A stretch of 64,000 nt of DNA from an uncultured bacterium (GTDB lineage Bacteria > Actinomycetota > Acidimicrobiia > Spongiisociales > UBA5794). Location of the stretch: the NCBI GenBank assembly GCA_963801165.1, contig CAWDDT010000006.1, forward strand, positions 256,001 through 320,000, written 5' to 3'. Both the position numbers and the translations under genes were made by a program. Below the pieces are notes generated by a model. That model ran no database searches. It was not told where the DNA came from and worked only from the letters and a program-made list of their open reading frames with translations. Of the stretch, positions 1 through 8,527 are shown in pieces (the stretch's first letter is position 1; every line of letters starts with the position of its first letter).

Positions 1-192
1 GGCGGCGGTGGCCCCCGGACCGTTCAGCTGGAAGCGACCGAGGTGGGTGACGTCGAAGACACCGACGCCTTCCCGCACCGCCATGTGCTCGGCGATTACT
101 CCCCCGTACTGGAGCGGCATCTCCCAGCCGCCGAAATCGGTGAAGCGGGCTCCGAGTGCCTCGTGTGCGGAGCGGAGCGGGGTTACTGGCAT
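1..192 (-). CDS. gcvT: Glycine cleavage system aminomethyltransferase T, 5' part (runs off window)
   Basis: Manual translation from ATG at 192: [52 protein letters not shown], the classic GcvT N-terminus; GGAGA RBS upstream. Confidence 0.9.
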   Translation of the reverse strand, partial: MPVTPLRSAHEALGARFTDFGGWEMPLQYGGVIAEHMAVREGVGVFDVTHLGRFQLNGPGATAA

Positions 193-273
193 GTCGGTGA
201 CTCTCCGTCTCGTGTCACACCAGACTAACCGAGCGGGCTATGGGGCAGATAACCCACACCCGTGGTACCAGCG

Positions 274-726
274 CTAACCGGCGGCGATCTGGTCGTCCTC
301 GCCCAGATCCTCGATTCGCGGCGGTCCCGGCAGCCGGGTCGGCGCCGCCGGCAAACCCTGATCGGGAGGTTCCTCCAACCCATACTTCACGAGCAGGTTG
401 AGGTAGTCGCGTTGGTAGAACAACTTGCACACGATTTCCGGGTACAACTCGCGGAGCAACCGGAGCTTCTTGTTCTTCTTGGTGACGAGTTTCTGACTCA
501 TCGTGGTTATCTCGATGTAGAGATCATCCGCCGGTAGGTAGAAGTCGGGTCGGAAGAACTTCGTGGGCTCACCGTTGCCATTGAACTTGATGGCGAACTC
601 ACGCGGCTCGTAATCCCACTCGACCTCGTAGAAGTCGAGGAGACGCGCAAACTGGCGCTCACTCTCGTGGGCGAAGTCGACGAGATCTGCGGGTTGGAGC
701 TCTTCGTCGAGCCGGTCGTTACTCAG
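274..726 (-). CDS. Conserved hypothetical protein with PD-(D/E)xK nuclease-like motif; probable CTG start
   Basis: Frame is open upstream of the ATG at 501: ...FAHESERQFARLLDFYEVEWDYEP...FRPDFYLPADDLYIEITTMSQKLVTKKNKKLRLLRELYP; CTG at 726-724 overlaps the merR stop. Confidence 0.7.
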   Translation of the reverse strand: MSNDRLDEELQPADLVDFAHESERQFARLLDFYEVEWDYEPREFAIKFNGNGEPTKFFRPDFYLPADDLYIEITTMSQKLVTKKNKKLRLLRELYPEIVCKLFYQRDYLNLLVKYGLEEPPDQGLPAAPTRLPGPPRIEDLGEDDQIAAG

Positions 727-1211
727 TTGGCCTTCGCCTCCGTGATGGCGGCCACCGGTGCTTCCTCTTCCGGGAAGAGGCCATGGATCTCACCTTCCAG
801 CTCGTGCTGGACGGGACCGACCGCGATCCCGAAGACGCCCTGCCCCTTCTGGAAGACGTCGACAACTTCGTCGGCGCTGTGCGCCGCAAAGATGGTCGTG
901 CCGTCCGAGAGCAGTGTCACATCTTCGAGCGGGTTGTTGCTGGCGAGCTGATCCCGCAGGATCGCCATCGCGCTCCGGATCTTTTTGAGGCTCATTCCGG
1001 CATCGAGCAGCCGCTTGACGACCTTCAGCTGCACGATGTCCGTAAACGAATAGCGGCGCTGGGTTCCGGATCCCTGTGCCGCCTGCAGCGACGGTGTGAT
1101 GAGGCCGGTGCGCGCCCAGTAGTCGAGCTGACGGTACGTGATCCCAACCAGGCCACACACCTGTGGGGCGCGATATCCGACGTCCTGCTCCTTCACGGCA
1201 AGCCTCCTCAT
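723..1211 (-). CDS. MerR-family transcriptional regulator (Rv1830/McdR-like)
   Basis: GYRAPQVCGLVGITYRQLDYWARTGLITPS...GSGTQRRYSFTD; syntenic with the DUF151 gene. Confidence 0.9.
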   Translation of the reverse strand: MRRLAVKEQDVGYRAPQVCGLVGITYRQLDYWARTGLITPSLQAAQGSGTQRRYSFTDIVQLKVVKRLLDAGMSLKKIRSAMAILRDQLASNNPLEDVTLLSDGTTIFAAHSADEVVDVFQKGQGVFGIAVGPVQHELEGEIHGLFPEEEAPVAAITEAKAN

Positions 1212-1260
1212 GGCTTGTAGCTTACATCGACGTAATTCCGCCCGCCGAACTACGTTAGTG

Positions 1261-1290
1261 AAGTTAACGACTCGACGCGCGACTTGTCAA
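1261..1290 (-). promoter_or_regulatory. Sigma-70/SigA-type promoter of the merR gene
   Basis: Minus strand TTGACA (1290-1285), 18-nt spacer, TAACTT (1266-1261). Confidence 0.65.
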
Positions 1291-1297
1291 CAACCCC

Positions 1298-1306
1298 TGT
1301 GGATAA
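1298..1306 (-). promoter_or_regulatory. Perfect DnaA box
   Basis: TGTGGATAA = reverse complement of TTATCCACA, 7 bp upstream of the -35 element. Confidence 0.5.
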
Positions 1307-1340
1307 CACCCAGACGTTGGGTGGTCCGAGCGTAGTTTGG

Positions 1341-1841
1341 TCAGGAATCGGTTGAGCGGCCGGAGTCGAAATCCTCGGGCTCGATCTCCTCGAGAAACTC
1401 CCGGAACTTCTCGATCTCGTCTTCCTGGCCGTCTTCTTCGATCTCGACGCCCGCATCGCTCAGCAGCTCGCGATCGGCGAACACCGGTGACCCGGTGCGG
1501 GCGGCAATTGCCACGGCGTCCGAGGGGCGGGCCGAGATGACGACCTCGTTTCCCTGCTGGTTCATGACCAGGTTGGCATAGAAGGTGCCGCTGACCAGCT
1601 CGGTCACATCGACCCGCACCACAGATCCGGCGAGCCCGTCGATGACCAGCTTCAACAGGTCGTGAGTCATCGGCCGCTGCGGCTCGACACCCTGAAGTGC
1701 CAGGGCAATCGCAGTCGCCTCATTGGGGCCGATCCAGATGGGAAGGTAGCGGGCGCCGTCACGCTCCCGCAGCAACAAGATGGGCACGTTGGATGGCAAC
1801 TCTATCCTGATTCCAACCAATTCCATGGGTACCGGGTCCAT
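1341..1841 (-). CDS. Bifunctional nuclease family protein (DUF151, Rv1829-like)
   Basis: LPIWIGPNEATAIA, RPMTHDL, ARPSDAVAIA motifs. Confidence 0.92.
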   Translation of the reverse strand: MDPVPMELVGIRIELPSNVPILLLRERDGARYLPIWIGPNEATAIALALQGVEPQRPMTHDLLKLVIDGLAGSVVRVDVTELVSGTFYANLVMNQQGNEVVISARPSDAVAIAARTGSPVFADRELLSDAGVEIEEDGQEDEIEKFREFLEEIEPEDFDSGRSTDS

Positions 1842-1865
1842 GCGACCAGCCTATCACCGGTCTGC

Positions 1866-2441
1866 TCATCGGCTGGCGTAACCACCGAACACGACGGCGG
1901 GAAATGTCTCGTGCAGATCCTGAAGCCGCTCCATGTCCATCACCGCCCACAACCCCGGCAAGTTACGGTACCGGCCCTCCCAGTCGAGGCCGTACCCGAG
2001 AAGAAACTCGTCGCCGATCTCAAACCCCCGATACTCGACAGGTACCTCGACGATCCGCCGCGCCACCTTATCGAGAAGGGAAACGGTGCGTAGACTCGCC
2101 GGTCGCCGCACCTCCAGGTTGCGCAGCAAGGTGCTCAACGTCAGCCCGGTGTCCACGATGTCCTCGACGATGAGAACATGCCGGTTCTCGAGCGAGATCG
2201 CGGTGTCCATCGCCAACGACACACGGCCTTTCTCGCCAAAGCGGGTGAGGAGGAGAAAGTCGACCTCGTGCGATATCCGGAGCCGTCTGATCAGGTCGGC
2301 GAGAAACGGGATGGCGCCGTTCATGACGCCGACCAGCACAGGGTTCAGTCCGTCGTAGTCCGCAGTGATCACCGCCCCCAGCTCCGAGATCCTCCGCTGC
2401 AGGGACTCCGGGTCGACCACCTCCAGATAGTGGTCGGTCAC
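1866..2441 (-). CDS. hpt: Hypoxanthine phosphoribosyltransferase
   Basis: PRPP-binding LIVEDIVDTGLT, FLLGYGLD...YRNLP; GTG start overlaps the upstream stop (GTGA). Confidence 0.88.
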   Translation of the reverse strand: MTDHYLEVVDPESLQRRISELGAVITADYDGLNPVLVGVMNGAIPFLADLIRRLRISHEVDFLLLTRFGEKGRVSLAMDTAISLENRHVLIVEDIVDTGLTLSTLLRNLEVRRPASLRTVSLLDKVARRIVEVPVEYRGFEIGDEFLLGYGLDWEGRYRNLPGLWAVMDMERLQDLHETFPAVVFGGYASR

Positions 2442-3472
2442 TCCGTGCCGCCGAGGACCACCGGGATCATCCCCCGCACCATGTCGAGGATGCGACGTTC
2501 CCCGGGCGTATCTCCCCATGGCGTCAACGCCTGCTGGCCGTCCGGCTCAGGCATTCGTGTCTTGACGAACTCCTCGGTCACCGGATCCAGCCGGGCACCG
2601 GCCACACCCCCGCCTCCCTCGAGCTGAACGAGAGGCGTCAGGAATCGGTCGACCACGTTGAGCCGTTGGGTCAGGTAATCCAGGATTGCGGCGGTGTCTC
2701 CAAAGTGATCCTCGCTACCCATGACCACAACCACGAACGTCTGGTCCTCCACTTCGTAAGCGGTGACCAGCACCCGACCGGCCTTAGAGGTATATCCCGT
2801 CTTGAGGCCAACAACGCCCGGGTAGCTGTTGAGCAGATGATTTGTGTTGACCGCGACGCGGCTGGTGCCGTCGGGTGCGGGCTTGAAGCGGATGATCCCG
2901 GTCCGTGCGAATTGGCTCAGCACGTCGTCGGCGAGCACCGTCTCCCCGATCTTGGCAAGATCGCGTGCCGAGGTGTAGTGCCCGTCCGTGTCGAGACCGT
3001 GCGGGTTCATGAAATGAGAGTGCTCGAGACCGAGCTCCGCGGCTTTCTCGTTCATGAGCGCGGCGAACCCCTCGATACTGCCGCCGACATACTCGGCCAA
3101 AGCGTATGCCGCGTCGTTGCCCGACCGCACCAGCAGCGCAGCCAGCAGGTCCCGGACGCTCCACACCTCTCCGGCCACGAGGCCGATCTCGGACTCTCCC
3201 ACATTGGCGGCGGCTTCGCTGATCCGCACACGATCGTCGAGGTCCGCATGGTCCCGCACCACGAGCGCGGTCATCAGCTTGGTCACCGACGCCATGGCCC
3301 GCTCCTCATCGGCGTTGTGCTCGAGAACAACCGCACCCGAGCCCACGTCCATGGCAATCCACGACGCTGCGGTCAGTTGCGGTGGTGTCGCAGGCGCGGG
3401 CGCCCGCACCGGCGACGCCACCAGAGTTAGCGCGGCCAGCACTGCGATCGGTGACCAATGAGCGCGCATCAT
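2438..3472 (-). CDS. D-alanyl-D-alanine carboxypeptidase (peptidase S11)
   Basis: Signal peptide, SxxK (ASVTK), SGN, NPHGLD and KTG motifs. Confidence 0.92.
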   Translation of the reverse strand: MMRAHWSPIAVLAALTLVASPVRAPAPATPPQLTAASWIAMDVGSGAVVLEHNADEERAMASVTKLMTALVVRDHADLDDRVRISEAAANVGESEIGLVAGEVWSVRDLLAALLVRSGNDAAYALAEYVGGSIEGFAALMNEKAAELGLEHSHFMNPHGLDTDGHYTSARDLAKIGETVLADDVLSQFARTGIIRFKPAPDGTSRVAVNTNHLLNSYPGVVGLKTGYTSKAGRVLVTAYEVEDQTFVVVVMGSEDHFGDTAAILDYLTQRLNVVDRFLTPLVQLEGGGGVAGARLDPVTEEFVKTRMPEPDGQQALTPWGDTPGERRILDMVRGMIPVVLGGTE

Positions 3473-4194
3473 CCCTCGAGTAGCTTGCGCAGACGGGACC
3501 GCACCAGGTTCTCCTGCAACTTTGCGCCGGCACTTGCTCCATCGGCCAGAACCTCGGCGGCGCGGCGACGGTTCTTCGGGTTGTGATGGTGCAGCAACGG
3601 CGTGACGAGCTGCGACAACAGATCCACCTCGCGGTCGGCAGCCAGCCGTAGCGAGCGGATGTGCCTGCCCTCGAAGCCCCGGACGAACAGACGGTGCGCC
3701 GAACGGGCGATGGCAAGATCCTCGTCACGGTAGATGTGACGCCCATCAGCCAGCTCGACCGGGTTGAGCACCTGCTGAGCAACCAGTTCGTCGATCTGGT
3801 CTCGGCTCAGCCCGCTGGCACGGCTCAGCTCATCCGCCGCCATCGACACGCCCGCTCCGCCGAAGTACGCCTCGGGTGCCGGGCCGCTCTCGCGTGGGGT
3901 TTCGGTCTCCTCCCCTCTATCCCACGAGGTGAGCTTCGACTTGATGACCTTGAGCGGCAGGAAGTGGTCGCGTTGCTCGCTGAGGACATAGCGCAACCGG
4001 TCGACGTCATCGTCGGTGAACATGCGGTAGCCCGACGGGCTCCGTCCCGGGTTGATCAGTCCTTGCGCCTCGAGAAAACGGATCTTGGAGACCGTCAGGT
4101 CCGGGAACTCGCCGCGGAGGACGTTGATCGCCTCCCCGATCGACCGCGATTTCCGGCCCGAGAGGTGCGCAGGGGCCGTACCGTCCTCAGCCAT
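3469..4194 (-). CDS. MerR-family regulator FtsR/Rv1828-like
   Basis: SIGEAINVLRGEFPDLTVSKIRFLEAQGLINPGRSPSGYRMF...FLPLKVIK; directly downstream of the FHA gene; start taken at ATG 4194. Confidence 0.88.
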   Translation of the reverse strand: MAEDGTAPAHLSGRKSRSIGEAINVLRGEFPDLTVSKIRFLEAQGLINPGRSPSGYRMFTDDDVDRLRYVLSEQRDHFLPLKVIKSKLTSWDRGEETETPRESGPAPEAYFGGAGVSMAADELSRASGLSRDQIDELVAQQVLNPVELADGRHIYRDEDLAIARSAHRLFVRGFEGRHIRSLRLAADREVDLLSQLVTPLLHHHNPKNRRRAAEVLADGASAGAKLQENLVRSRLRKLLEG

Positions 4195-4624
4195 GGCCGC
4201 CGGCCACGACGAGGTGGAACTTGCCGATGATGACCTCGTCGCCTGGCTGCAGCTGAGCGCTCTCCTGGCGCTCCGCATTGACATAAGTCCCATTCGTAGA
4301 CCTGAGATCCTCAACACGAAGGCCCTGCTCGTCAACGGTGAAGCAGGCGTGGCGACGGGACACGGTGACGTCGCCGAGGAAGATGTCGATGTCCTCCGAA
4401 CGGCCCGCAACGGTCTCCCCTTCGCCGAGAACGTAGGTGAGACCGGCCCGCGGCCCTCGTTCGACGACGAGCGCATAGCGGAACGCACCCTCGATACGAC
4501 CGACGATCTCACCAACGTCGGCAGTGCCGGCGCCGAAATCGTAGAAAACGGTCTTCTCTGAGTCCTTCTCGGCGTCGTTCTCGGCGTCCTTGTTGTCCTG
4601 GAGCGCGTTGGAGTCATCGGCCAT
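4187..4624 (-). CDS. garA: FHA-domain protein GarA/OdhI-like
   Basis: GRSEDIDIFLGDVTVSRRHA...DLRSTNGTYVN...GDEVIIGKF; conserved position after gcvH. Confidence 0.85.
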   Translation of the reverse strand: MADDSNALQDNKDAENDAEKDSEKTVFYDFGAGTADVGEIVGRIEGAFRYALVVERGPRAGLTYVLGEGETVAGRSEDIDIFLGDVTVSRRHACFTVDEQGLRVEDLRSTNGTYVNAERQESAQLQPGDEVIIGKFHLVVAGGHG

Positions 4625-4630
4625 ATGGGA

Positions 4631-4667
4631 ATGGTAGTCGCTAAGCCTCGATCTGAGGTTGAGGCTC
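4631..4667 (-). promoter_or_regulatory. Leaderless promoter with MerR/FtsR-type inverted repeat upstream of garA-ftsR
   Basis: -10 TACCAT (4636-4631) lies 6 nt before the ATG; inverted repeat AGCCTCGA-N7-TTGAGGCT at 4644-4666. Confidence 0.55.
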
Positions 4668-4716
4668 TTGTGCTTCGTTGCAGTGGGCAGTCGGGTTTAC
4701 AGCCGCCGGCGACGCC

Positions 4717-5091
4717 CTACTCGCAGAACTCGGTGTAGGCGGCCGAGTCCATCAAATCGTCGAGCCTCGAGAGGTCGCCGTCGATGAGTATGAACCATCC
4801 GGCACCGTAAGGGTCGCTGTTGATGATCTCCGGTTGATCCGCCAGGGCCTCGTTGATGGCTGTTACCGTCCCGTCGATGGGCGCGTAGACATCGGCCACC
4901 GACTTGGTGGACTCGATCTCGGCAAACGATTCCCCCGCGGTCACGCCGGCACCGACGTCCGGGAGGTCCACGAAGACGACGTCTCCGAGTGCGTCCTGGG
5001 CGTAGTCGGTGATCCCCACTTTGGCCTTGCCGTCCTCGACGGCGACCCATTCGTGGTTCTCCGTGTAGCGAAGTCCATCTGGAATCTGCAC
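4717..5091 (-). CDS. gcvH: Glycine cleavage system H protein
   Basis: YTENHEW, VGITDYAQDALGDVVFV, lipoyl-Lys in IESTKSV, INSDPYGAGW. Confidence 0.95.
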   Translation of the reverse strand: MQIPDGLRYTENHEWVAVEDGKAKVGITDYAQDALGDVVFVDLPDVGAGVTAGESFAEIESTKSVADVYAPIDGTVTAINEALADQPEIINSDPYGAGWFILIDGDLSRLDDLMDSAAYTEFCE

Positions 5092-5143
5092 GGTGTCTCC
5101 TGTTTCAGACGATGCGACGCGAGCTTACCTCTTGCCGGGGCGC

Positions 5144-5695
5144 CTATGCATTCGACGCCCGGCCACGCTCGGAGATGGCAGTTGCCGCGTCCTTCGCGTA
5201 TTGGACGGCAACGACGTAGTAGAGGATCACACCGGGTATCCCGGACCCCCAGGCAATGATGAGGCCGGGTGACCACGATGCGCCGACAAAGAACCACGCC
5301 ACTGCCGTGTACAACAGGAGGGTCGCCAGCTTGCCCATCTTGCGCACCGATAGGCTCGTGTGACCACGCAGGGCCACAACGGCCGCCCCGATCGCTACGA
5401 GCGCCTCACGGATGATCAGCAGCCAGGCGAACCAGGCGGGCAAGTAGCCGGTCACCAATCCGGCGATAACGCCGGCAGCTACGGCGATTCGGTCGGCCAG
5501 CGGGTCGAGGATCTTCCCTACTTCCGACACCTGATTCAGCCGTCGCGCCAGGTAGCCGTCGATCCAGTCGGTAGACCCGATAATGCCGAGCAGCAGCCCT
5601 CCCCACACCGGTTCGTCGGCGCCGATGACCAGCCATAGGAACACCGGGACCAGCGCCAGCCGGATCAGCGATATCAGGTTGGGAAGCGTCAGCAT
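5144..5695 (-). CDS. CDP-alcohol phosphatidyltransferase (PgsA family)
   Basis: PNLISLIR, DWIDGYLARRLNQVSEVGKILDPLAD signature. Confidence 0.93.
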   Translation of the reverse strand: MLTLPNLISLIRLALVPVFLWLVIGADEPVWGGLLLGIIGSTDWIDGYLARRLNQVSEVGKILDPLADRIAVAAGVIAGLVTGYLPAWFAWLLIIREALVAIGAAVVALRGHTSLSVRKMGKLATLLLYTAVAWFFVGASWSPGLIIAWGSGIPGVILYYVVAVQYAKDAATAISERGRASNA

Positions 5696-5707
5696 TTTCC
5701 TACGGTA

Positions 5708-6115
5708 TCAGCCGACCCTGATCACCCGGAAGCGGATACGCTCGAGTTCCTGGTCTTCGAATGTGACCACGAACGCATAGCCTTTGGCATCGGGGAACTC
5801 GATACCGTGGAACGGGCTGACGATGGGCACGATGCTCGATGAGCCGGGAGGCAGGTTGGGAGGTGCGCCGACCCGTAGCTTGCCCTTCGCTTCGACCCCC
5901 ATATCGACCCCGTCTTCGTCGATGAGCCGCAGCGCGATCTCGAGATCGCGGTGGCGCTCATCGGGCTCGATCTCGGCGACCAGAGCGACGGTCAAGCTGC
6001 GATGAATCACCGGGACCTTCCGCGCACTGATGGTGTCGAAGCCTCCGCCCAGTACGAACAGCTTGCCACCCTGTACCTGTGCCGCATCGGCGAGCATTGC
6101 CGTCGTCAATCGCAC
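5708..6115 (-). CDS. Conserved hypothetical protein (DUF6941-like)
   Basis: MLADAAQVQGGKLFVLGGG N-terminus; coding-like codon usage. Confidence 0.7.
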   Translation of the reverse strand: MRLTTAMLADAAQVQGGKLFVLGGGFDTISARKVPVIHRSLTVALVAEIEPDERHRDLEIALRLIDEDGVDMGVEAKGKLRVGAPPNLPPGSSSIVPIVSPFHGIEFPDAKGYAFVVTFEDQELERIRFRVIRVG

Positions 6116-6297
6116 CGTCGTCTCCTCATCTTGCTGCCAGGCTCACAATAACGCCCGCAAGCAGGTTCACCTCTGCCTCCCCCCTGTATCGGCTGATTTC
6201 GAGAGCGACTCAACCGATCATTGCCATGGGTGGGACACTCGCCCATTCTGGAGCATGTGCGACGGCAGAACCGCGCTCCCCGCTTATTCTGACGCAA

Positions 6298-6972
6298 ATG
6301 TCGCTACGCATCCTCACCATGAACCTGTACAACGGCGCGGCCGATCCGACCGAGCTGGCCGCAGTGCTCGACGACGAGAAGCCGAATGTGGTCGCCGTCC
6401 AGGAGCTGTCGTCGAATAGCGCAACCGTGCTCTCTGAGTGGGGCGAGTCGACGCTGCTGGACCCGCGAGACGACGTTACCGGCATGGGCATGGCCGCGCG
6501 GACCCACCTCGCAACGTCCCGGGTCGACTTTCCCGGCCGCAACCCGATCATCGGGCGCTTCGACGGGGCGCCGTGGGGGCTGCCGGAGGTCGAGCTGGTC
6601 AATGTGCATTTCACTAACCCGATCTCGCTGCCTCTCTGGGACTCCCGGCGGAGGAGACGCGCCGAGCTGGACGCCCTGGAGGGCCTGCTCCGTGACCACG
6701 ACGGAACGAGTGCCCGAGTGGTCGTCGGCGACTTCAACTCCTCCCCAGCCTGGCCCTTCTACCGGCGGATCGCCGAGCTGGCGACCGACGGTGCGGTTCA
6801 GGCCGGCACCGCCCGCCGCACCTGGGGCTACTACCCCAACTCGCCACGGATGCTCAGGATCGACCACGTGTTTCTGCAAGGCCCGATCCGTTGTGTCGCT
6901 ACCGGCCTGGTCAAGGTCTCCGGCGCCGACCATCGTGGCCTGCTCATCGACCTGGAGCCGCTCGCCGGGTAG
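6298..6972 (+). CDS. Endonuclease/exonuclease/phosphatase family protein
   Basis: RILTMN, AVQE, VVGDFNS, RIDH and ADHR motifs; start taken at ATG 6298. Confidence 0.88.
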   Translation: MSLRILTMNLYNGAADPTELAAVLDDEKPNVVAVQELSSNSATVLSEWGESTLLDPRDDVTGMGMAARTHLATSRVDFPGRNPIIGRFDGAPWGLPEVELVNVHFTNPISLPLWDSRRRRRAELDALEGLLRDHDGTSARVVVGDFNSSPAWPFYRRIAELATDGAVQAGTARRTWGYYPNSPRMLRIDHVFLQGPIRCVATGLVKVSGADHRGLLIDLEPLAG

Positions 6973-7059
6973 TTGTCGGCGGGCGCGAGTGTGCGAATCA
7001 CCGGTCGTCGCCCACTCCCATAGGTCGCGTAGCGAGGTTTCCGCGAGGTATGCGTGGCC

Positions 7060-7464
7060 TCATGTCCGAGAATCGTGGGAAAGCAGATCCCATCGGTTGC
7101 CTTCGAGATCGAGGAAGACGGCGAGACGCCCGTACGGTTCCGTGCGAGGTTGCGAGACGAATTCCACGCCTGCGTTGACCATCCGCTCATAGGTGGAGTG
7201 AAAGTCGTCTACCCGAAGGAAGAATCCCACTCTCCCCGCAACTTGGTCTCCGGCCCTCTCGGCCTGACGTTCGCCGTCAGCCTGAGCAAGAAGTAGCCCG
7301 GTTTGCGCGTTCCGCGGCTTCACGACGACCCATCGTTTTGGTCGGCCATCGTTCGTCAGAGACGGCGAGTCGTCAACGAGCTCGAAGTCGAGGACATCTA
7401 TGAAGAACCTGACGGCAGCGTCGTAGTCCCGCACGATCAGAGTGACTAAGTCGATATGCGCCAA
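7060..7464 (-). CDS. VOC/glyoxalase family protein
   Basis: HIDLVTLIVRDYDAAVRFF...KRWVVV...EPYGRLAVFLDLEGNRWDLL; TTG start after a GGAGG RBS. Confidence 0.88.
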   Translation of the reverse strand: MAHIDLVTLIVRDYDAAVRFFIDVLDFELVDDSPSLTNDGRPKRWVVVKPRNAQTGLLLAQADGERQAERAGDQVAGRVGFFLRVDDFHSTYERMVNAGVEFVSQPRTEPYGRLAVFLDLEGNRWDLLSHDSRT

Positions 7465-7571
7465 TGGATGAATACCTCCGAATTGTCCGGTCTGACCTCG
7501 AAGTCGAATCCTATGTCGCAAACACGACGTCGAGACACCGGCCACCGAACGGAATTGGTCATCGACCGAGG

Positions 7572-7940
7572 CTACCCCGCACGTAGCCTGGCGCGGCGCG
7601 CCCGGGTCCAGCCCAGGCCGATCCGCCAGGCGACCAGACCGAAGCCGTTGACGAGGATCGTCACCAGCACGAACACCCAGGGTATGTCGCGGTCGAGGGC
7701 CATCCCGCGTAGGAACGTCGCCAATGGCGCCGCCAGCAGCCACGCCCAGGCAACCCGCCATATACCCCCGGGGGAATCAATGGTGGCTTCCTCGTAGACA
7801 CCCAGGAAGGGGGCGACGGCGGCCCAAGCCAGCAGCCCGCTGAGCGCGGTGACCAGAAACCGTCCCACCGCATCGAGGGTGGCGTGGGTGGCAAACCCCA
7901 CAACGGTCAGCAGCACCAGCACGGCAGCGTCGCCGATCAT
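7572..7940 (-). CDS. DUF3054-like membrane protein
   Basis: GDAAVLVLLTVVGFATH followed by four hydrophobic segments ending WR; start could be at 8009. Confidence 0.7.
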   Translation of the reverse strand: MIGDAAVLVLLTVVGFATHATLDAVGRFLVTALSGLLAWAAVAPFLGVYEEATIDSPGGIWRVAWAWLLAAPLATFLRGMALDRDIPWVFVLVTILVNGFGLVAWRIGLGWTRARRARLRAG

Positions 7941-7945
7941 TGCGG

Positions 7946-7999
7946 TTCTCTGGGTCGGTGTGATTCTCTGGGTCGGTGTGATTGTCTGGGTCGGTGTGA
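7946..7999. repeat. 3 x 18-bp tandem repeat
   Basis: TTCTCTGGGTCGGTGTGA x2 plus TTGTCTGGGTCGGTGTGA, with no spacers. Confidence 0.9.
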
Positions 8000-8054
8000 A
8001 TCGAGGCATGCAGCCAGGGACACTACCCCAGCGACCGTGCCACCAGACGCATCG

Positions 8055-8136
8055 GGGACCCGACCCGGGACTTTATGGGCCTTTTGGCCCTATGAGCGAC
8101 ACCGTCGCAGACGTATTACATACGGTATATATGCGG
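8055..8136 (+). promoter_or_regulatory. Promoter region of the tusA-hydrogenase operon with a DosR/DevR/OsdR-like box
   Basis: TGGGCCTTTTGGCCCT at 8076-8091; possible -10 TACGGT at 8121-8126; AT-rich ATTACAT-N5-ATATATGCGG at 8115-8136, repeated at 22186-22207. Confidence 0.55.
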
Positions 8137-8289
8137 AAGTGTGAATAGATCCTATGTCGTTTACGGGCGAAAACGCATTGGTGCCAACCGGAAGGCCACC
8201 TCTGGTCACGGATCCGCTACACGACGCCCTCCCTCTCGACAACAGCTCCACCCCCTGGAGCGCGTCCCTTTCCCCCTGAGGAGGTTCCA

Positions 8290-8526
8290 ATGTCCGTAGC
8301 CGCCGATGAAGTTCTCGACTGCAGCGGCCTGGCCTGTCCCATGCCGATTCTGAAGACCAAGAAGGCAATCGATGCGCTAGAGCCCGGGAAGATCTTGAAG
8401 ATGATCGCCACCGACGCCGGCTCGCAAAGCGACATCGATGCTTGGACGAACCGAACGGGCCACGTGCTCGTCGATTCCGAAGTGTCCGGCGACAAGTTCA
8501 TCTTCTTTATCCAGAAGAAGGCCTGA
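8290..8526 (+). CDS. tusA: Sulfur carrier TusA-family protein
   Basis: LDCSGLACPMPILKTKKA (CPxP motif), ATDAGS..DI.AW; GAGGAGG RBS. Confidence 0.93.
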   Translation: MSVAADEVLDCSGLACPMPILKTKKAIDALEPGKILKMIATDAGSQSDIDAWTNRTGHVLVDSEVSGDKFIFFIQKKA

Positions 8527-8527
8527 G

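Noticed and set aside
193-273. Glycine riboswitch upstream of gcvT
   Set aside because: The gap is only about 80 bp and lacks a recognisable aptamer
4195-4617. Long N-terminal extension of the FtsR-like ORF (3469-4617)
   Set aside because: Overlaps garA in another frame and is low-complexity; the true start is more plausibly ATG 4194
7946-7999. Possible CRISPR array (also 36112-36151)
   Set aside because: Repeats are directly tandem with no spacers, and no cas genes are present
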